DNA of 64,000 nt from the NCBI RefSeq assembly GCF_018350175.1, contig NC_058368.1, positions 177,818,001 to 177,882,000 of the forward strand. The letters are read 5' to 3'. Position 1 is the stretch's first letter. The number at the start of each line of letters is the position of its first letter. Both the position numbers and the translations under genes were made by a program. The notes beneath the pieces were generated by a model. It did no database searches. It was given only the letters and a program-made list of their open reading frames with translations, and was not told the origin of the DNA. Origin of the DNA: Felis catus. Its lineage: Eukaryota. Shown piece after piece: positions 26,543-39,170 of this stretch.

Positions 26543-28224
26543 CCTATATACATCATTCTACAGATAAGGAAACTGAGGTCCAAGGCCACATAACACAGAA
26601 GGTCCATGGCACAACCAGGATCTTTTGACTCTCAAGGAGTGGCCGATCTGGCTGACCCTGATCTTTTGTTACTTCTTTTCCCCATGAACCTTATGCACTT
26701 CGTCTCCAGAACCCAAAAGAATCACAGACTTAACTTTGTTCACAAAGGGATACTGAAAGGCCAATGAGACTTTCCTGGTATGCTATTCTAAACAAGGGTC
26801 AGGTTTCAAGCTGAAGGGTAAGGCTGACCAAATGATGATCCCTGCTCTGTCAACTGGCTATGTGACCAAGCTATTTCCCTTAACTACATCCTCTGGTAAC
26901 TGGTGATCACATTAGAGACCTTTCCGGGCAGTCTTACTTTTCAGAGCCCAGCTCAAAAAGAAGATTTCCCAATCTGAGCGAAGCTCACCTCCAGTACTCT
27001 CTCAGGCCCCACCTCAAGCATTCCCATACCGCCCACTGGGTTCCCACAGCATTCTGGCTGACTCCTGACAACAAGTAGCCATGATCAGTCTGCCTCTGAC
27101 TGCAGGTATTCTGGCGTCTAGCTAGTAACACTAATACTACCACCTGACATCATGCCACCACTACCGCCATCTGATGAGGGGTACTGTGGGGATGAAAGGA
27201 AATACAACCTATAACGTGTGTATGTAAATTATTAGATCTGTCAGCCTACACTGATAGCATCTTTGGCTTTGCTTCTGGAGAGCTGAGACTGTGCACCTTT
27301 GCATTTCTCGGTGAAGGAGAACAATGCAGGCATTAAGGCTCAGCAATAAACAGACCCAGCATCTGCCTCCACCACTTACTGTTGAACTTTGGATATTCAC
27401 TAATCACTCTGAGTCTCAGGTTTCCCATCTACAAAATACGGCTAAAATACATATCGTTGTGAATAGTACAAGTTCTAACACAGAAAAAAATAGAAGATGC
27501 TCAATAAATAGTAGTGGTAGCGCTAGGATTATAGTATTAGCACCTAGAACAGTGCCTGTCATATATGAGGGAAATGCTGTATCTGAATGAAAAGTAGTTG
27601 CTCAATAAAGGTGAATTTAAATATACATTATATTTAATAATGTTATTATTTATGTATAGTGTAATATATATTTATGTATATTTAAATACACATTATATTT
27701 GAACTATGTAATCTTACTCTTCTAAGATAAATTATTTTCTAAATGTGGAATTACTAATAACAACAGTGATGATGATCGCTGCAGGCAGAGAAGGGTACAG
27801 GAAAGAGTGGATGTTTGAAGGTTCTAAGCTCGAATCTAGGCTCTGCTACTTGTTAGCACTCTGGTTTTGGAGAAATGACAGCCGTTAATATTTTTGCTGT
27901 TCTGAGTTTTATATGGACTTAGGCAATTGCAGGAATCAAATGAAGTGTGATCACCAGGTTGTCCCCCCAATACCCTTCTTTAGGGAGCAAAGCTTTCCCA
28001 AGGTATAGATATTTAATCAGCACAAAGACAAATTCAGGACTTTACCATTCAGCCCTTCACTTAATACATGGAGCCACAGATCAAAAACCTTCCTGACTCC
28101 TCTCTTTTCTCAATCAAAGTTTGAGGCTATAGGGAAATCAAGAGCATAGAAGACAAGCCACCAAAATGTGCAGGGAGAAGTCAAAGAGCAAATACTGAAG
28201 ACAGGGATGGGAACAGAAATTCTA

Positions 28225-28490
28225 GTTAAATGTCATGTCCTCAGAGAGGCCCTCCCTGACCACTCTGCCTAAAACGTTACCGCAAAACTTGCCCCAGACC
28301 CCCAACCACTTTCCACTCCCATAACCTACTTTATTGTTCTTATGGGACTTCTTGTGACTGGGCCGTATATTCACATATGTTAATTCATGGTCTTCCCTAT
28401 GACAACGTAAGCTCCTTGGTGAGGGAACTTCATCTGTTTTGATCATGACTATATCCCAGTGCCTAGAATAGTGTCTGGCATTTAAGAAAT
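28225..28490 (+). mobile_element. L2 3' terminal fragment
   Basis: aatgtcatgtcctcagagaggccctccctgaccactct..gtaagctcc..atcccagtgcctagaatagtgtctggca. Confidence 0.75.
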
Positions 28491-29629
28491 AGTCGTGTAG
28501 TGACTGGCTAACAATAGTTATTTCCTGAGTGCTTACTATGTGAAGGCAATGAGTTTGATACTTGATTTACTGAACACCCATGGAGCTGTCCCTAGGTTCA
28601 AAGCACTACTGCAAGTCACGAATGGTCCCAACAATCCTACGGAGTTGTAAGATGATTTCCTTCATTTTGCAAGTGAACAGAGAGGCTCAAAGGAGTTAAG
28701 TGGCTTGCCCAACATCGTCGGGCTGCTAAATGTCAGTGGGCTACAAGCCACAATTAGGTCAGCTTTACTTCCAATCTCATGTTCTTCCCCCTGTCTCCAG
28801 CGGGGTGGAAGGTACCAGAGGTGGGCAGTGAAGTCAGGGGCACAGAATCTTGAGTTTAGAGCTGCATGAAGGTTAGAAGAGGGTGAAGAACAATCAGCTG
28901 GGTTCTGGCGGGGAGAAAGGAATTCGTCAGCAATCCTTTGAGCTTAAGGTGGGCAACTAGAACACACTGGTGCGTGACTTCTACAGAAATATTTGTTTCA
29001 GTTATAGCATTGTTGCTCTCTTACCACAAGGTGATATACTGTATCATCGAGGCTGGAATTTTTATGTCGTGCAAACAACTCTATACAACATTAGAGGTTT
29101 TTTCCCTTATTTGTATTACCCTTAGGGGTATCAGGTGCTGCTTCTGATATGAAAGGAAAAAACATGAGTTCACTCTCATACACAACTTCATGTTCAAGTA
29201 TGTAGTCATATATTTAGCATGCCCAAGTATAGGTGATTGTTTTATGAGTAATAATTGAAGTTGCTCCTCTTTCTTTCCGACCGGGGCCCAGAAATCAGTA
29301 TGATTTGAAGGTGAAGTGCCAGTTTGCAGACTAATATTTTCACTGGCATCGGGAAAAGTCAATAGTAACAGAACACTGTTTAAGTTCTCAGTCATGCATA
29401 GATAAAAATGATAAGTTGTTCAGCTTTCTGGTAAAACCCAAAGCTAATCCCCTCTACTGGATTTCTGGGGATCTGATTCCTCAGAAAGTTATGCATTTTA
29501 TGAGTTTCAAGTTTTTTTTTTCTTTCAGAGAAGTCACATTAAAATACAAATAGTAACCTTTTTTAATATGTTGGCTCTCAGATATTTTATTTATAAGACA
29601 CTTCATTTGTTATTTTATATAACTTAAGG

Positions 29630-30270
29630 CCTTGCTTGGTGGGAATGTAAAATGGTACAGCCAATATAAGATGATGCAGCCACTGTAGTTACTAAAAAAG
29701 TTAAACACAGAATTGCCATTTGACTCCGCAATTTTACTCCTGGGTATACACTCAAGCAAATTCCAAGCATACGCTCACACAAAAACTTATACACAAATGT
29801 TCATACTAGCATTACTGTAATAGTCAAAAGGTGAAAATCCAACTAACTGTTAATCAACTGATAAATGGATAAACAAATTGTGGTCTAGCCATACAATGGA
29901 ATATCAGTCAGTCATAAAAAGGAATGGAGTATGGAAATATGCTAAACTATGAATGAGCCTTGAAAACATTATGCTCCATGGAAGAAGACACACAGAAGGC
30001 TACATATTATGTGATTCCATTTATACTAAATTTTTAGAATGGGCAAATCCATAGAGGCAGAAAGTAGATTAGTGGTTACCAGGGGCTGGGGCCAAGGGCA
30101 GTAACTGATGACTACTTTAAGATATAGGACTTCTTTCTGGGGTGATGAAAATATTCTAAAATTAGCTAACGGTGATGGTTATACAACCTTGTGAATATTA
30201 TGAATATACTAAATACCACTGAACTGTATGTATACTTTAACAGGGTGCATTTTGTGGTAGGCGAATCTCA
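29630..30270 (+). mobile_element. L1MB-like 3' end
   Basis: ggtgggaatgtaaaatggtacagcc..gtgattccatttata..aagtagattagtggttaccaggggctgggg..tggggtgatgaaaatattcta. Confidence 0.85.
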
Positions 30271-30544
30271 GAAAAAAGAAGAAATCCCAAAACAACAAAA
30301 AAACCACCACCAACAAAATTTCCCCCACGGTTAAATGTATGCAGAACAGTGAATCTTCTCATTTCCTCAAATTCAAATGCAAATAGCAGCTGCATTACTG
30401 GGGACTTGGGAGAGTAGCCAAGGAGAAGCAAATAGTACAAATAAAATAATTATGGTAATAATAAATGGTGGTTACTAAGTTACTAAGGATTTATTATATG
30501 ATAACTATTGTGTGAAATGCTTTCGTATTAGTGATAGTTTAGTA

Positions 30545-31010
30545 TGGTAAGTGGAATAATGGACTCCAAAGATGCCCATGTCCTAATCCTTGGAATCTGT
30601 GAATATGTTAGGTTATAAACAAAGGGGAATTAAGGTTGCTCATCAATTGCCTTTAAAATAGAAGATCATCCAGGAGTCCAAGGTAATCACCAAGGTCCTT
30701 GAAAGTGTTAGAGAAAAGCAGACGAGGAAAACCAGAGAGATGCAGCATGAGAAGGACTTGATCTGATGTTGCTGGGGAGAGGGGGTTATGAGCCAAGGAA
30801 AGCAGGTGGCTTCTAAGCTGCAAAAGGCAAGGAAACAGATTCTTCCCCAGAGCCCCAGAAAAGAACACTGCCCTGCTGACACCTTGATGTTAGCCCACTG
30901 AGACCCATTTTGGACTTCTGACTTCCAGAGTTGTAAAATGATAAATCTGTAATATTTATGCTGTTAAATTTGCAGTAACTTGTTACAGGAGTAACCGGAA
31001 ACTAATATAG
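30545..31010 (+). mobile_element. MaLR solo LTR (MLT1D-like)
   Basis: gaataatggactccaaagatgcccatgtcctaatcc..gagccaaggaa..ggaaacagattctt..cctgctgacaccttga..ggaaactaata. Confidence 0.85.
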
Positions 31011-32439
31011 CTAGTAAAGATCAGATCTAATGTTATGAAGCTCTATTCCAAACTACAGAGAATTAAGAGGGGAGACAAACAAGGAGATGCAGTGGCAGTT
31101 GGGTGAAGAAAACAATATATTTGAAACCAAGTACTGACAGGTCGCATATAAAGAGCCAGTGACTTCTGCAGGCCTAGGCCTGCATCATGTGCTGTTCCCC
31201 AGTGTTTCATTAGGACAGTACCTCTCAAGTTCTATTAGAATAAGCCTTGAGAATTGTGCTTAGCTAGATCTAACTTGGGCCAGAATTTAGTTTTCATTTC
31301 AGTTTCCCCCTACACAGCCTAGGAGTTGTACCTGTCTCTGTTGGGACTATGGCTTCAGGTAGGGTGGGCTGTTAGAGCATCTGTCAGCAAGTGTCATCGG
31401 CTCTTGCTTCCGTCGGAAGATAACAGCCCAAGTGCCGAAGGCGGAGTAGGCAGCTGTATTAGAGGGACTGAACTTACCTCATTTTGAGGCTCCAGTGTCA
31501 GTCAGTGCCCCCAATTGTACATTCAATAAATATTTCTATTTAATTAATATATACTGAGTGCTTGTTTTGTGACAGGAATTGTTTCAGGCCTTTTCACACA
31601 TCTTCGTCTTATTTAAAGCACATTACAATTCTTTAAGATAGATACCTCCATTTCATAGATGAGAAAACTGAGGCTCCCTTTGATTCCTCTCCCTAGGGAA
31701 CCAGAATGTTTATTTTAGTTCTCAGAAGAAAAATACACTGCCCAATATGCAGACCCTTGTACTCCTTTTTCTAGGAAACCTAACCTAAAAGTTGCATCCC
31801 TGAAGCATCTCATTCCCTGGGGGGCTCTGGACTCTCTACCCTCAAAACCAGGTAAGTTATTAAAACTGGATCTGGACTTAATGGGCTGCTTTCTGCCTAC
31901 AGGGCCGGCTAATTAGTCTTAATTATCTCATTATAGATTCTAAGTATTTCCAGCTGCTTCTTTACCCCTTATTGCCCAGTCCCCGCCCCCCCCCCCCCAT
32001 GTCTGTTTTCCAGATAGTCTCTGCCAAGTCCTGGACACAGGTGATATATTGATGTATTCTTCCTATCTATCAGAACATTAGTTATTTCTGATCAAGCTTC
32101 TCACTTGCTAAACCCTTCTGGGACATCTACCTCTGTGTTCTCTTATCCATGAGAATAAACATGCTTTGGCCAAATATTAGACATGAGAACAAATCTTAAA
32201 AACTACATTCGACTTTCACTGACCACAGAACTGTAATATACCTATACAGGGCAAATAATAAACGTGAATTTATCTATTTATTTGATTGAAGCTCGGAAAG
32301 TAATCCCTTCTCCCTTCTCACTGCCCTCAAGCCTCAAATCAATCATTCAGTCCAAACAGTTCAAATAAAAAGGAAAGAGAAAAAGTTACCTTTCCTAATT
32401 GATTGAGAATACGAAAGGCGAAGTAATAGCGAATTGAAT

Positions 32440-32645
32440 GAGAATGTGTGGTCACAGGGCTAGAAGTTATAGGACTGTGACTGACCTTGGGCAAGCCATT
32501 TAATCTTTCTGAACCTCCACTTTCTAACAGATAAACAGTGCAATAATACCTATTTCACGTGGGCTCTTGTGAGGATCAAGTAGGATAATGTATGTGAGAG
32601 TGGTCTGCAGACTATAAATTTGTAAACAAATGTTAGTTATTAATA
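32440..32645 (+). mobile_element. MIR SINE fossil
   Basis: tgaccttgggcaagccatttaatctttctgaacctc..ttgtgaggatcaagtaggataatgtatgtg. Confidence 0.78.
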
Positions 32646-35338
32646 AGGAAAAGGAAAGTTTCCTTCCTCCATGTATTTTTACTTTTATCATTAGTAGTTA
32701 TTTCTAGAGTACTCTTCCCTTTTTATTCAAGTCATTTACTTTTTAAGATTTCTCAAATTTAAGCTAGAAATATCTTCAGGTGCTGATTATCTATTAAAGG
32801 TCACAAAGGTAGATGAATAGTATGGCATGCTCCTCCCTAAAGGGAGAATATCTCGTAATGTCTATAAATAACATTTTAATATTAGCATTCCTTGATCATT
32901 ACAAAATATGACCGCTTCTTAGAGTCTGAGTGTCTGAGGAAAGCATTTCTCACTCGGATCCTATTAACAAGCTTCTCATCTGGGTAGTTCAAGATAAGGT
33001 GCAATCACAAAACGTCCGAGGAAAAGCAACTGTAAGTGACACCAAGGAAACACGATTTTAGTGGCACTGAGTAATTCTAAGTTTGTGGTTGGTAAAAACT
33101 TAATTTGCAATGAATACTATTTAGTTCTCCACAGAACAAAGAGCTTTGTTGTAGTTCTTTTCCACACTTCCCCTCGCCAATATTTGTCAACTGAATTCAC
33201 CTCTATTCAAATTAAACAAAATAGAAGGTTTTATTTATTCAAGTATTTTATACTGAACAGCTCCCTGGAGGTTCTCCATTTACTGGCTTGGGTAATATTA
33301 TCTTTCCTTTAGTTTATTAGATTGACAAAGTTAATTTAAAAATAACCTAGGGAACTTTAAGTGATTCTTGGAAGGGCTAACATGTGTGCACATATGGCCG
33401 GTCACCCATTTTCTTCTGTATGTATATGCTATCTTGTGAAGGGAGGTTTTGCATTAATTTTTATAATTTCTTAGAATACAGAAATACACTGCCAACATGA
33501 AAGATCATCGTCCTGATGATGAAATGCTTTCAGTTCTGTTCTTTATACAAGTGAACGTTTCGTCTAGCGTAGCCAAGGAGCAATTTGATAAAATGATACA
33601 ACTGTTTATTGCCAAAAAACCCCCCATTTTCATCTGAAATACAACCTGGGGCACATAGCATCTAATTAAATTCATACAAAGTGCAAATTATTGAATAGAA
33701 ACCAAAATGCATTTCAAAGTAAACACCAATTAATGTGACACCCAATTTCTTTCCCCTTTCCTAATCGCTCCAATGTGCATGGCTCGTACACAACATACTC
33801 AGCTTAGTTTGTAAGGTTCAATTAGAAAGAATATGCTTTACATTGCAGTCTGAGAATTACATCCCTTGCTTTGCAAGCAGGCTGGTTAGGTGTTTTTTTT
33901 TTTTTTTTTTTTTGTTAATTTGATTCTTACCAAAAAAAAAAAAAAAAAGTCAGTGGTATAAAAAGTCCTTCCGTACTTTTTCTTTAATTTGAGAATTCTC
34001 ATTACCTAATATTTTCACTTACTTCATTTAATACATGGATCTGTGCTTCTTTTGACAAATGCACCATCTCTGTTTTCTTTGTTTCCGTGACATTGAATAC
34101 AACAGAAAACTAGGAAGCCACATATATAGGAAGTCTGGGAGCAACGTTCCAGTCAACCTAGTTTGTGAGACACGGCTTCAAATAATAAATTATAAAATAA
34201 AATAAAAAAATAAAAAATAACAAAACTGTGCTCAGCAACACTCATCAAAAGATCATCTATAAAGTGGTAACACTTAAAAAAAGAGAGCAACAAGTGACTA
34301 ATCAAGCACAAGAGTGGTCAAGTGTAGTTGATCACTTGTGAAAGTAATCAGCCACTTGAATTGTTTTGTTGTGGAGAGGCCAATGATCAAAGCTACTCCC
34401 AGACAGAACCTGGCAGGAATTGCTGATTCCAGGAACTATGATGATGGCATCTTGGTTATGGTACACTTTTGTGTCATTCATCCACTAAATATTTACTGAA
34501 CACCTACAGTGTAGCAATAGGAGACTGGTACTAGAAAACGTGAAAATGGCAAAGTCCATGCCCTGAAGGAGCTCAATATGTATTTTGGGAAGAAGAACAA
34601 CTCTGATTCCTAACAAGGAACAGAAGCTCTGGTAACATATACCACAAATCACCCCTTGATGCTTATAATATACCTTCAATTATTTTAAAAAGTGAAAACC
34701 ACTAACAAAGACTTTCTTTTCAAACAATGTAAAAGTTCCATGACTGTAGCTGCCATTGTTTTTAACTTTGTCTATAGCCAGATTCAGTTTACTTGTATGG
34801 AACACCTACCACGTACCAGGCCCTTCCACATAGTCTGTCTCTATTTCCCCTGAGGTCTAAAAAGTGCTTGCAATCTAAAAGGATATTTACTTTTAAAAAA
34901 CACTTCGAGCTAAGAAAATATCAATTTATACTTTATATTGTTATGAGTTAGATAATGCAAAGGAATCTAATCCTGAGAAACCTAATAAAATCCTCTTTTA
35001 GTTATTCAAGTTTAGATATTTTACTTCAGCTTCTCATACCTCACAGTTTACACTGAGAGATACTAAATAAAAGTAGGCTTCAAGATGGCAGCCTGCAACA
35101 CTGGGTCTTTCTGGGCATCATCATGACTCTCAATTATCAATGCAGTGGTAAGTGGGGGGAGGGGCGGTGAATGTCGGCAGTGCCATCCTGCTGTTTAAGC
35201 TACTGTGAATTTATGGAAGGTTCTTTTGTCTACATTGACTATGTGAGAAAGGATCCTGACCTACTCCATTTCTAGGTCTTGAAAATGTGCGTGACGTGAA
35301 CCTATTTCCAGGAAATCTCCTCTACCTCGTTCTCTTTA

Positions 35339-35578
35339 TTTTTTTTTTATTTTTTTATTTTTAAAAATTTTTTTTCAACATTTATTTATTTTTGCGACAG
35401 AGAGAGACAGAGCACGAATGGGGGAGGGGCAGAGAGAGAGGGAGACACAGAATCGGAAACAGGCTCCAGGCTCTGAGCCATCAGCCCAGAGCCCGACGCG
35501 GGGCTCGAACTCCCGGACAGCGAGATCGTGACCTGGCTGAAGTCGGACGCTTAACCGACTGCGCCACCCAGGCGCCCC
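35339..35578 (-). mobile_element. Young feline CanSINE with long tail and perfect 16-bp TSD
   Basis: TSD TACCTCGTTCTCTTTA at 35323-35338 and 35579-35594. Confidence 0.96.
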
Positions 35579-37254
35579 TACCTCGTTCTCTTTAGCTTTT
35601 GTCTCCCCACCTCTTTCACTGTCGGACAGGGTCATTAAAGGAGCATTTTTAAGTCTTTAGGAAATAGATTAAGTCTAGACAAGGGTTGTAAAGTCTTCTT
35701 TAATGCTGGGACAACTGGGAGGAAAGCAAGGGGGCAAGCTCCTTGAGGGCAGGGGCCTGTACACCTGGCTGGTCTCTGTTTTGCCCTGAGAGCTCAGCAC
35801 AGTGTGCTCTCTAAAGGATCATTGAGAACAATGACAGAGTTGGGCTGCTCCTCTTTGCTCCAATGCAGCAGCCAAGAGGTAACCCAGGCCAGTGTGCAGT
35901 ATGCAAAGCTGTCACTCAGCTCTCCCACTTGCCTAAGGTAGCAGATGATTGGGTTTTGCATGCCTGGTTTACACTCTTCAAATATTTATAGACAGTTCTC
36001 TTTGCCTCAAGCCCTGGTTGTCACTTAGCCAAGTTATACATACATGGTTCTTTTAATCTTTCTTTAGAAATCAATTGCATCAAGCTCCTTAATCATTCTA
36101 GATGCATTTCTCTCAACTTTTGGCTGTTTGTCTCTCTGGTAATTTATTCTGTTGAAATGCATGGAAATAATGCAGATGTGGAACAGAGAAGGGTTTAGTT
36201 ACCTTTCCACGACAAGGTGCAATGTCTTTTATGTGCAAAATAAAATTATTTATCCTTTCACCTTTTGTAAGATCGTATTTTAAAAAATTCATATTTAAGT
36301 TGATGGATCAATCAATATATTGCAAGAGAAAGAATGAAAAAAATATCATCAGTAATATCTTAAGGATGATCTTAAGGATCAGTAATCATCTTAAGGATGA
36401 TATTGTCATTGACTGAACTCTTTCACGTATCTGTAAACTGATTAATTTAACCTGCAGTATTCAAACACGGCTGGGGGGCGGTGGGGATGGGAATCCAGAA
36501 TAACATGGTCACCACAGAGGCTTAAGTGCCCATCCTAAGGTACTATCTACCTTCAGCTTTTCAATGAAAAAAATTTTTAAGTAAGTTATATTTTTTCCCA
36601 TTACAAAAGTGATGCCTTAAAGAAAATGTCAAATAATCTGGAATGAGAAAAAGCTACCTATAGTTAGCCCAAAACAATATTTAACATTTTAAAAGAATTT
36701 AAGTCTTTTTTGGATGCATTCCCCACCCACCCTAGGCATGCTCATATCATTTACACAGTTTAACACCTGGTTTTTTCACTTAATGTTATAAAATTTCATG
36801 TATTGCATTATCTTCAAATCCCAATTTTAAGACTACAGACTATTCCATCAAGTAAGTAGATGTGCAATAATTTTACAATTCCCTACTATTGGATATTTGC
36901 ATTGTTTCCATTTTTTTTTCTAGATTAAGTGTCATTACAAAGAAAATCTCTGGTGTAACGCTCTTCCATATTTAAGACTATTACCTAGATTCACAGTAGT
37001 ACAAGTAATGGATCAAAGGATACCCAGAAAATACATTGTGAAGTAAAGAATTAATGCAGGTCCTATTTGAAGTGAAAAATACCACTTGAAATACAAAGAT
37101 TTGTCTTTTGATGCTCAAATCATAGAGAGTTGTAGAAAACTGTCAAAGATGATAAATTCTAGTAACTTAAATGTGGTGCTCACTAGTATTCTCCTTTGTT
37201 CGCCCAAGTATGTCACCGAGCCCTTATTAATCAGGCTTAAATTCTTGACCTTAC

Positions 37255-37363
37255 CTAGGTCTACCATCAGAAGGCGAGTGAGGGCCGTGTAGAAGGTTGT
37301 TCGGCACCTGAAGTCACTGAGACTGTAACTGTCACTGATGCCAAGGAAGGGGAAGTGTTCACT
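37255..37363 (-). CDS. RANBP17: RANBP17 coding exon (~exon 18), 109 nt, [36 protein letters not shown](G)
   Basis: Acceptor ttgctttcattAG|AGT after a 92-nt intron. Donor TAG|GTAAGG. Carries the EHFPFL..RTTFY motif of XPO7/RANBP17. Confidence 0.96.
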
Positions 37364-37455
37364 CTAATGAAAGCAAAAGAGTATCCAAAGTTATTAATGC
37401 TTTACCTAAACTACCCAGAAATTTCTAGTCATTAATTAGAGGAAGTAAGACTTAC

Positions 37456-37519
37456 CGTGTGGTTTTTTAGCATGAATTTCACAGCATCTATCTTCACAAG
37501 TTTTTTTAAAAGGATATAG
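37456..37519 (-). CDS. RANBP17: RANBP17 coding exon (~exon 17), 64 nt, (G)YILLKKLVKIDAVKFMLKNHT
   Basis: Follows the AC acceptor. Donor ACG|GTAAGT. In frame with both neighbours. Confidence 0.95.
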
Positions 37520-37895
37520 GTAATAGGAGTTAAGGAATCTTGGGAAATATAAGTGTTTTATCAATAGATAATCAATCACAAAATAACACTAATGGCATCA
37601 ATTTCTATTTACGAAGAATCAGTATTATTTCTAAAGAGCATTCCTACAGAAATGTCTTTCATTCTGTTAAGAATGATAATCCATTATTAACCAGTGCAAT
37701 TACTTTTCCTATCTTATACATATTCTAGTTATGGAAAGGAAAAATGAATTTTATAATTAAGACAAAAACTTCTTTACTATTAAAGCCTTGATAGTAGAAA
37801 ATTAAAACTGACCCTTTCTACATTTTGGATATAACTTGAGAACTTCTCTTCACTTAATATTATTTCATAAAAAATAATTATAAAAGACCTATAAT

Positions 37896-39139
37896 AGACT
37901 ACCCAGAAAGAGAAAATTATTCAATTCTAAGAAACAATGAGCCCAGTTAGTAGAAATCTAAGGAAATTCTGCTTTAGATGAAGATGAGAATGCTTAGAAA
38001 GATGTAGCTGATGCATGTCACCAAGTATTGAAGGACAAGCCCGACATTTCTAGTAGGTGTAAGACACCTTATATTTGTTAATTCACCTAGCTTCACAATT
38101 ACACTGTCCAATATTATTTATTTCTAACTCATAGATATGAAAACAGAAGTTCAGAGAAATTAAGTTACTTGCCCAAGATTACACAGCTATGGATTGACAG
38201 TGCTGAGATTCGAACTGAGGTTTGACTACAGAGGCCACGTTCCTTCTACCGTACCACATTTTCACCTGAACAGTTCAGCTCAGAATGAGAAGAAAGGGGA
38301 AAAACCATAAACATTATCACAAGGTCTAAATAATTCTGGTTAATGCTGCCATCAAAGAAGGGCTGATGTGGTTCTAAGAACGTCTATTTAGTATACAAAC
38401 ACCCTAAGTATACTTAGTCCCTCAGGTGTGGGTGTAAGAGTAGAGAAGACATTGAACATGAGTCAGGAAGGCTGGGCTTCTGGCTTGACTACCCCATCCA
38501 ACCAGCTGGTTCTGAGTCTGAGTACTGTACTCGGCCACTCTGAGCCTTAGTTTCCCTCTCCAACAAGCAAGGGTGAAACCTATCACCCAAGCTATCCCAC
38601 AGGCCTGTCGTGAGGATCATATGATGCAAATGTCTTTGGCAATTATAAATCAGGGAGGAAGACACAAAGATGCAGAGAACGAACGTGTACAGAATGTTTG
38701 CTACCTGCAGGGCTGACTCTCACAATCCCATGAGGTAGGTAGCATCACTTCTATTTTTCTGATGAGGAAACAGATTCGAAAAGATTAAATAGAACTTTCC
38801 AAAAGACAAACAGTATAATTTAGATTCAAGTCCCTCTGACTCTACAGCAACCATCCCAGTTGCATAGTAAGCATGTATATTTGGTTCACCTTCATGTCAG
38901 ACGGTAAACTTTCTAAGGGCAGGGGCTGCACCTATGCGTTTTCCTCAGCGCACTGCTGCCAAGTGGGTGCTCAATGCACTGTTTTTCTGGCAGGCTGAAG
39001 GGGAACAAGATCAGGACTGACCCATACGAGACTAACCAGGAAGAGAAAATTATTGAATTCTATCAAACGATGAGACCTGTTAGTAGAAATCTAAGGAAAT
39101 TCTGCTTTAGATGAAGAAGATCAGAATACAACTAGAAAG
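37896..39139. repeat. Dispersed direct duplication of ~105 bp (37896-38001 and 39029-39139)
   Basis: Ungapped match at offset 1133. Identical 39-bp core GTTAGTAGAAATCTAAGGAAATTCTGCTTTAGATGAAGA at 37946-37984 and 39079-39117. Confidence 0.93.
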
Positions 39140-39170
39140 GTTTTTCTCTGCATATAAAAATGAAATTTGA

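Noticed and set aside
7092..35635. Recurrent near-identical ORFs (GQRETEHERGRGRERGRHRIGNRLQALSHQP.. and GAPGWRSRLSVRLQPGHDL..) at ~7.1, 10.8 and 35.4 kb
   Set aside because: These are translations of CanSINE copies, not a gene family.
37896..39139. Direct repeats read as LTRs or a CRISPR-like array
   Set aside because: Only two copies, no TG..CA termini, primer-binding site or internal coding region; the interior is MIR/L2 debris and the DNA is mammalian.
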